Source: Candidatus Cloacimonadota bacterium (GTDB lineage Bacteria > Cloacimonadota > Cloacimonadia > Cloacimonadales > WRIO01). From it: 32,574 bases of DNA. Every line of letters begins with the position of its first letter. Position 1 is the first letter of the stretch. Below, piece by piece: positions 29,615 to 32,574 of this stretch. The stretch is from positions 1 through 32,574 of the forward strand of contig JAKQQL010000500.1 in the NCBI GenBank assembly GCA_029564175.1. The letters are read 5' to 3'. A program made the position numbers and the translations under genes. The notes below the pieces were generated by a model, which was not told the origin of the DNA, did no database searches, and saw nothing but the letters and a program-made list of their open reading frames with translations.

Positions 29615-29628
29615 TGAAAGAAAAAGGG

Positions 29629-29657
29629 ATACCCGGGACTATACCCGGGTATTTTTT
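29629..29657. terminator. Intrinsic terminator after pyrF, probably bidirectional
   Basis: ATACCCGGG-ACTATA-CCCGGGTAT then a T-run, with an A-rich tract upstream. Lies between convergent genes. Confidence 0.8.
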
Positions 29658-29666
29658 ATAAAAGTA

Positions 29667-29876
29667 TTAATTTTTATATGAATGCTGCTTTACCAGTTTC
29701 TTCGCTTCCTTCAAATATAATCGATGCGTATTGATGACTTTATTTTGATAAATCACATGATATAATTGTTTGTTAGGATTTCTTTGCAGGGGATTTAAAA
29801 GCACTCTTTTGATGATATATCCCTCCCATACATACGCTGAAACGCCAAATATATCTTTGATCACTTGATATTTCAT
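29667..29876 (-). CDS. Small basic hypothetical protein (69 aa)
   Basis: ATGA overlap with the upstream ORF, ends at the bidirectional terminator. No recognised motif. Confidence 0.55.
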   Translation of the reverse strand: MKYQVIKDIFGVSAYVWEGYIIKRVLLNPLQRNPNKQLYHVIYQNKVINTHRLYLKEAKKLVKQHSYKN

Positions 29877-30217
29877 GAGTCATTCTCTTTTTTTAAATCT
29901 TCAAGTTGATCAAAATAAGTCTGACAGTCATAACCAAATGCTTCTACGTCTTTGAATTGAACTTCTGGATAGCATATTTTATGAATCGATGCTTTTTCAT
30001 CTTCATGAGATACCGCAGGCGAATATAATTCGATCGTACATTTATGCTCATTACGTTTTGCTTGCACTTCAATTCTAATACAAAATTCCCGTTTGTATTC
30101 CGCTATATTGAAATATATAAAATCGCTGTAATAGCAATAATGCCCCTCTTTTAAATGTTGAACGATCTTTTGCATAATTTTTATTCTTTTCCATATTTGA
30201 TGTACGGGTATATTCAT
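29873..30217 (-). CDS. Hypothetical protein (114 aa)
   Basis: AAGGAG RBS before ATG 30217. The ORF track's longer start merely reads through the REP-like repeats. Confidence 0.6.
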   Translation of the reverse strand: MNIPVHQIWKRIKIMQKIVQHLKEGHYCYYSDFIYFNIAEYKREFCIRIEVQAKRNEHKCTIELYSPAVSHEDEKASIHKICYPEVQFKDVEAFGYDCQTYFDQLEDLKKENDS

Positions 30218-30241
30218 TTTTTTCTCCTTTTTTTTTAGAAT

Positions 30242-30299
30242 GTTGTAGCGCAAGCTACCAGCTTGCGAATCGTTGTACCGCAAGCTACCAGCTTGCGAA
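30242..30299. repeat. Two tandem (30-nt period) REP-like palindromes of GTAG type
   Basis: GTTGTA(G/C)CGCAAGCT-ACC-AGCTTGCGAA at 30242-30269 and 30272-30299. Each has an 8-bp perfect stem preceded by GTAG or GTAC. Confidence 0.75.
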
Positions 30300-30327
30300 A
30301 AGAAAAAAACAAGCAAGTTGCTTGTCG

Positions 30328-32433
30328 GTTTGCCTGGAATGTTTTCTGAGCCGATGGACTGAAAGAAGTCCTGACACCTAACCGACGGGAAGTCAATCTG
30401 AGGTCAAGGGCGTTATTGGTAACGATAGGGTCTGAAGTAAGACGCAGGAAGAATATGGAACATAGCGAAAGTGAACTGATGTTGGTTTACAGAGTGGGTA
30501 ACTCTTCCGAATATGAGAAAGCCCAAAAGTCGGACAACTCTGTGGATTATGACAGATGGCTTCATATTCAGGCAGGAAGGCTTAACCAGAGAAGCCCGTT
30601 GATGTCTGACAATCAGTAAGTATTATTCAAGTTGAAAGACAAGAATAAGGCAATGCAACAGCGGGTGGCAGATGATTCCGTAGTAGTGATTAACCCATAG
30701 CCTGTGAAAGCTGGTGACAGTCTGGAGGATAAAACTAAGGGGACTGTGTTTGTTATAATACAGAGGGCATAAATTCAAAAGATTTATGTTCATGCGAAGG
30801 GATGAAGATAAACTAAGGAATGTTCATAACTATGTAAAGAGAGTAAATAATGAAAAGTGGGAAACGAAGGAAGAAGCTGAAATGCTTCGAAGCTCGGTTG
30901 AACGGGGATGACGAATCAACTGTTTAATCCGACTGCACGAGACAGATTAGTCAGTTTAAAGGGAAAAAAAAATGATTTGCCAGATTACGCAAGTTAGAAA
31001 CCGCAAATCAGGCTGATGAAGAAACTGTCATTATTAAAGAAATCTGATGGTTATGAATATGATGAGACAGGAGTTTAAATGGAAAAGAAATGGTATAGTT
31101 TGATCGACAAGGTTTATAAGGAGCAGAATCTTTTTGCTGCTTTTGCCAAAGTGAAACTCAACAGAGGTACTTGTGGAGTGGATAAACAGACAATAGATGA
31201 TTTTGAGGCAAACCTTACGGAAAATATACTGTTACTTCATTTAGATCTTAAGAACAGAGATTATTCTCCACAACCTGTAAGGCGAGTTGAGATACCAAAA
31301 GGAAATGGTAAAACAAGACCTTTAGGAATACCAACCGTCAGAGACAGAGTTGTTCAGCAGGCAATACTGAATGTTATCCAACCGATATTTGAGCCGGATT
31401 TTCATCCGTCAAGTTATGGATACAGACCGGGAAGAAGTTGTCAGAAAGCAGTAGCAAAAGCACAGAGCTTTCTTGTCATACATGGATTGCCATTTGTTGT
31501 GGATATGGATTTATCAAAGTGTTTTGACTCTTTAAATCACGAGAAAATAATGCAGGGATTGAATCGGAAAATAAGTGATGGGACATTACTAAGACTGATA
31601 GAGAAAATGCTTAAATCCGGTACAATTGAAATGGGTAACTTTGCTCCAACAGAGATTGGTAGTCCTCAGGGTGGTGTAATATCACCCTTGTTGATGAACA
31701 TCTATCTCGATGAATTTGATCAATATATGAAAGGCTTGGGTATCCGAATAGTTCGTTATGCTGATGATATACTCATCTTTGCCCCAACGATGAAAAAGGC
31801 AGAGAGATATTTTAAAATAGCGAGCGATAAATTGCATTCAATGTTATTGACCGTGAATGTTGAGAAAACTCACATCAGCAATGTTGATAAAGGCGTGAAA
31901 TATTTAGGGTTTGTTATTCACAGAAGCTATATCAGAATAGATGATAAGCGAATAAAACAATTCAAAGACAAGGTAAGAAGTATGACTCCGAGAAACAGCG
32001 GAATAAATGCTGAAGAAATGATACTCAATCTGAATAAGTATTTACGGGGTTGGGGTAATTATTTCAGACTTGCTGATTGTAAGACAGTCTTTTCAGCTCT
32101 GATGGAATGGATACGCAGAAGACTCAGAATGAAGAAAATGAGGGAATGGAAAAGTTGGAAAGCTTTTCATCAACAACTCAGAAGAAATGGATACAAAGGA
32201 AACTATCCCAAAATATCTATGAGAAGATGGGTAAATTCTGCTTGTAAACTGATTCATATGGCTTTGCCAAATTCATGGTTTAATGATATGGGATTGTTTA
32301 AGCTAAATGACTTGAGAACAAGTGTTTTATTTAATTACTATGAGTGATTATCGAAGTTTATCAGGAGCCGTGTACGAGAACCGTACGCACGGTTCTGTGA
32401 GAGGGATGGTGCTAACGCACCACCCTACTCGAT
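30328..32433 (+). mobile_element. Group II intron, IIC-like RNA, endonuclease-minus
   Basis: 5' GTTTG. CTGG (30334-37) pairs with CCAG (30586-89) and TTTTCTG (30342-48) with CAGGAAG (30573-79), closing DI. DV GAGCCGTGTACGAGAACCGTACGCACGGTTC at 32365-32395. DVI with bulged A32427, ending ...CTACTCGAT. The 3' end is firm and the 5' end is inferred. Confidence 0.9.
31079..32347 (+). CDS. ltrA: Group II intron reverse transcriptase/maturase
   Basis: RPLGIPTVRDRVVQ, SYGYRPGRS, DMDLSKCFD, GSPQGGVISPLL, RYADD, YLGF, X domain LRGWGNYF. No HNH domain. AGGAG RBS. Confidence 0.97.
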   Translation: MEKKWYSLIDKVYKEQNLFAAFAKVKLNRGTCGVDKQTIDDFEANLTENILLLHLDLKNRDYSPQPVRRVEIPKGNGKTRPLGIPTVRDRVVQQAILNVIQPIFEPDFHPSSYGYRPGRSCQKAVAKAQSFLVIHGLPFVVDMDLSKCFDSLNHEKIMQGLNRKISDGTLLRLIEKMLKSGTIEMGNFAPTEIGSPQGGVISPLLMNIYLDEFDQYMKGLGIRIVRYADDILIFAPTMKKAERYFKIASDKLHSMLLTVNVEKTHISNVDKGVKYLGFVIHRSYIRIDDKRIKQFKDKVRSMTPRNSGINAEEMILNLNKYLRGWGNYFRLADCKTVFSALMEWIRRRLRMKKMREWKSWKAFHQQLRRNGYKGNYPKISMRRWVNSACKLIHMALPNSWFNDMGLFKLNDLRTSVLFNYYE

Positions 32434-32574
32434 ATTCTGATGAGTTTTCCAGTATTTTCTAAGCTCTAAAATTAAATCATCAGGAATTGGAACAAATCTG
32501 TCTTTATTTCCTTTTCCCTGAATTACATGTAAAGTATGCAGATCACTGTTAATATCGGCAGTTTTGACCCTGAC
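32434..32574 (-). pseudogene. Tyrosine recombinase/integrase internal fragment, cut by the intron and running off the window
   Basis: Manual translation VRVKTADINSDLHTLHVIQGKGNKDRFVPIPDDLILELRKYWKTHQN contains the GKGxKDRxVP patch of Xer/Int enzymes. Read-through into the intron's antisense gives IE-stop (32425-32427). Confidence 0.8.

Noticed and set aside
30242..30299. Mini CRISPR array
   Set aside because: Only two copies separated by 2 nt, with no spacers and no cas genes.
30218..30316. N-terminal extension of the 147-aa ORF (QAGSLRYN repeats)
   Set aside because: This is translation of the REP-like repeats. The RBS-supported start is 30217.
30242..30327. Integron attC site or cassette array (integrase fragment, IIC-like intron, small ORFs, GTTGTAG/GTTGTAC cores)
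   Set aside because: Both GTT cores are in direct orientation with no inverted RYYYAAC partner, the two ORFs are ATGA-coupled with no attC between them, and the fragment is too short to show IntI-specific features.
30416..30619. 67-aa ORF
   Set aside because: Lies within structured intron domains I-II.
31079..32347. RT as retron, DGR or defence RT
   Set aside because: It has YADD plus a maturase X domain and is followed by clear DV/DVI, so it is a group II intron protein.

Overview
AT-rich bacterial chromosome segment from a diderm organism (BamA/TamA-like protein, LpxH-like hydrolase, lipoproteins). A Cloacimonadota-like lineage is only a guess. About 29.6 kb is densely packed housekeeping DNA: a GS-family ligase (5'-truncated), HEAT-repeat protein, GtrA, ispD, an unusually long glmS, ispF, TetR, gpmI, phnDCE, HAD, FAH, an ABC solute-binding protein, nth, xth, then a minus-strand block (Omp85 protein, ispG, sigma54 response regulator, DUF1292-like, PHP, acyl-AMP ligase, LpxH-like, DUF4159-like, YitT), then lipoprotein, degenerate PP2C, LEA-2-like, pyrR and pyrF. 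After the pyrF terminator the window turns accessory: two small unknown ORFs, tandem GTAG-type REP-like hairpins, and a complete ~2.1 kb group II intron (30328-32433, IIC-like RNA with an AGC triad, RT lacking an endonuclease domain). The intron's 3' flank is the middle of a minus-strand tyrosine recombinase gene (missed by the ORF track) whose C-terminal half is absent on the other side. The most notable items are this mismatched-flank intron and the 906-aa GlmS with a 20-residue extension before its catalytic Cys. I found no clearly demonstrable wholly new system.
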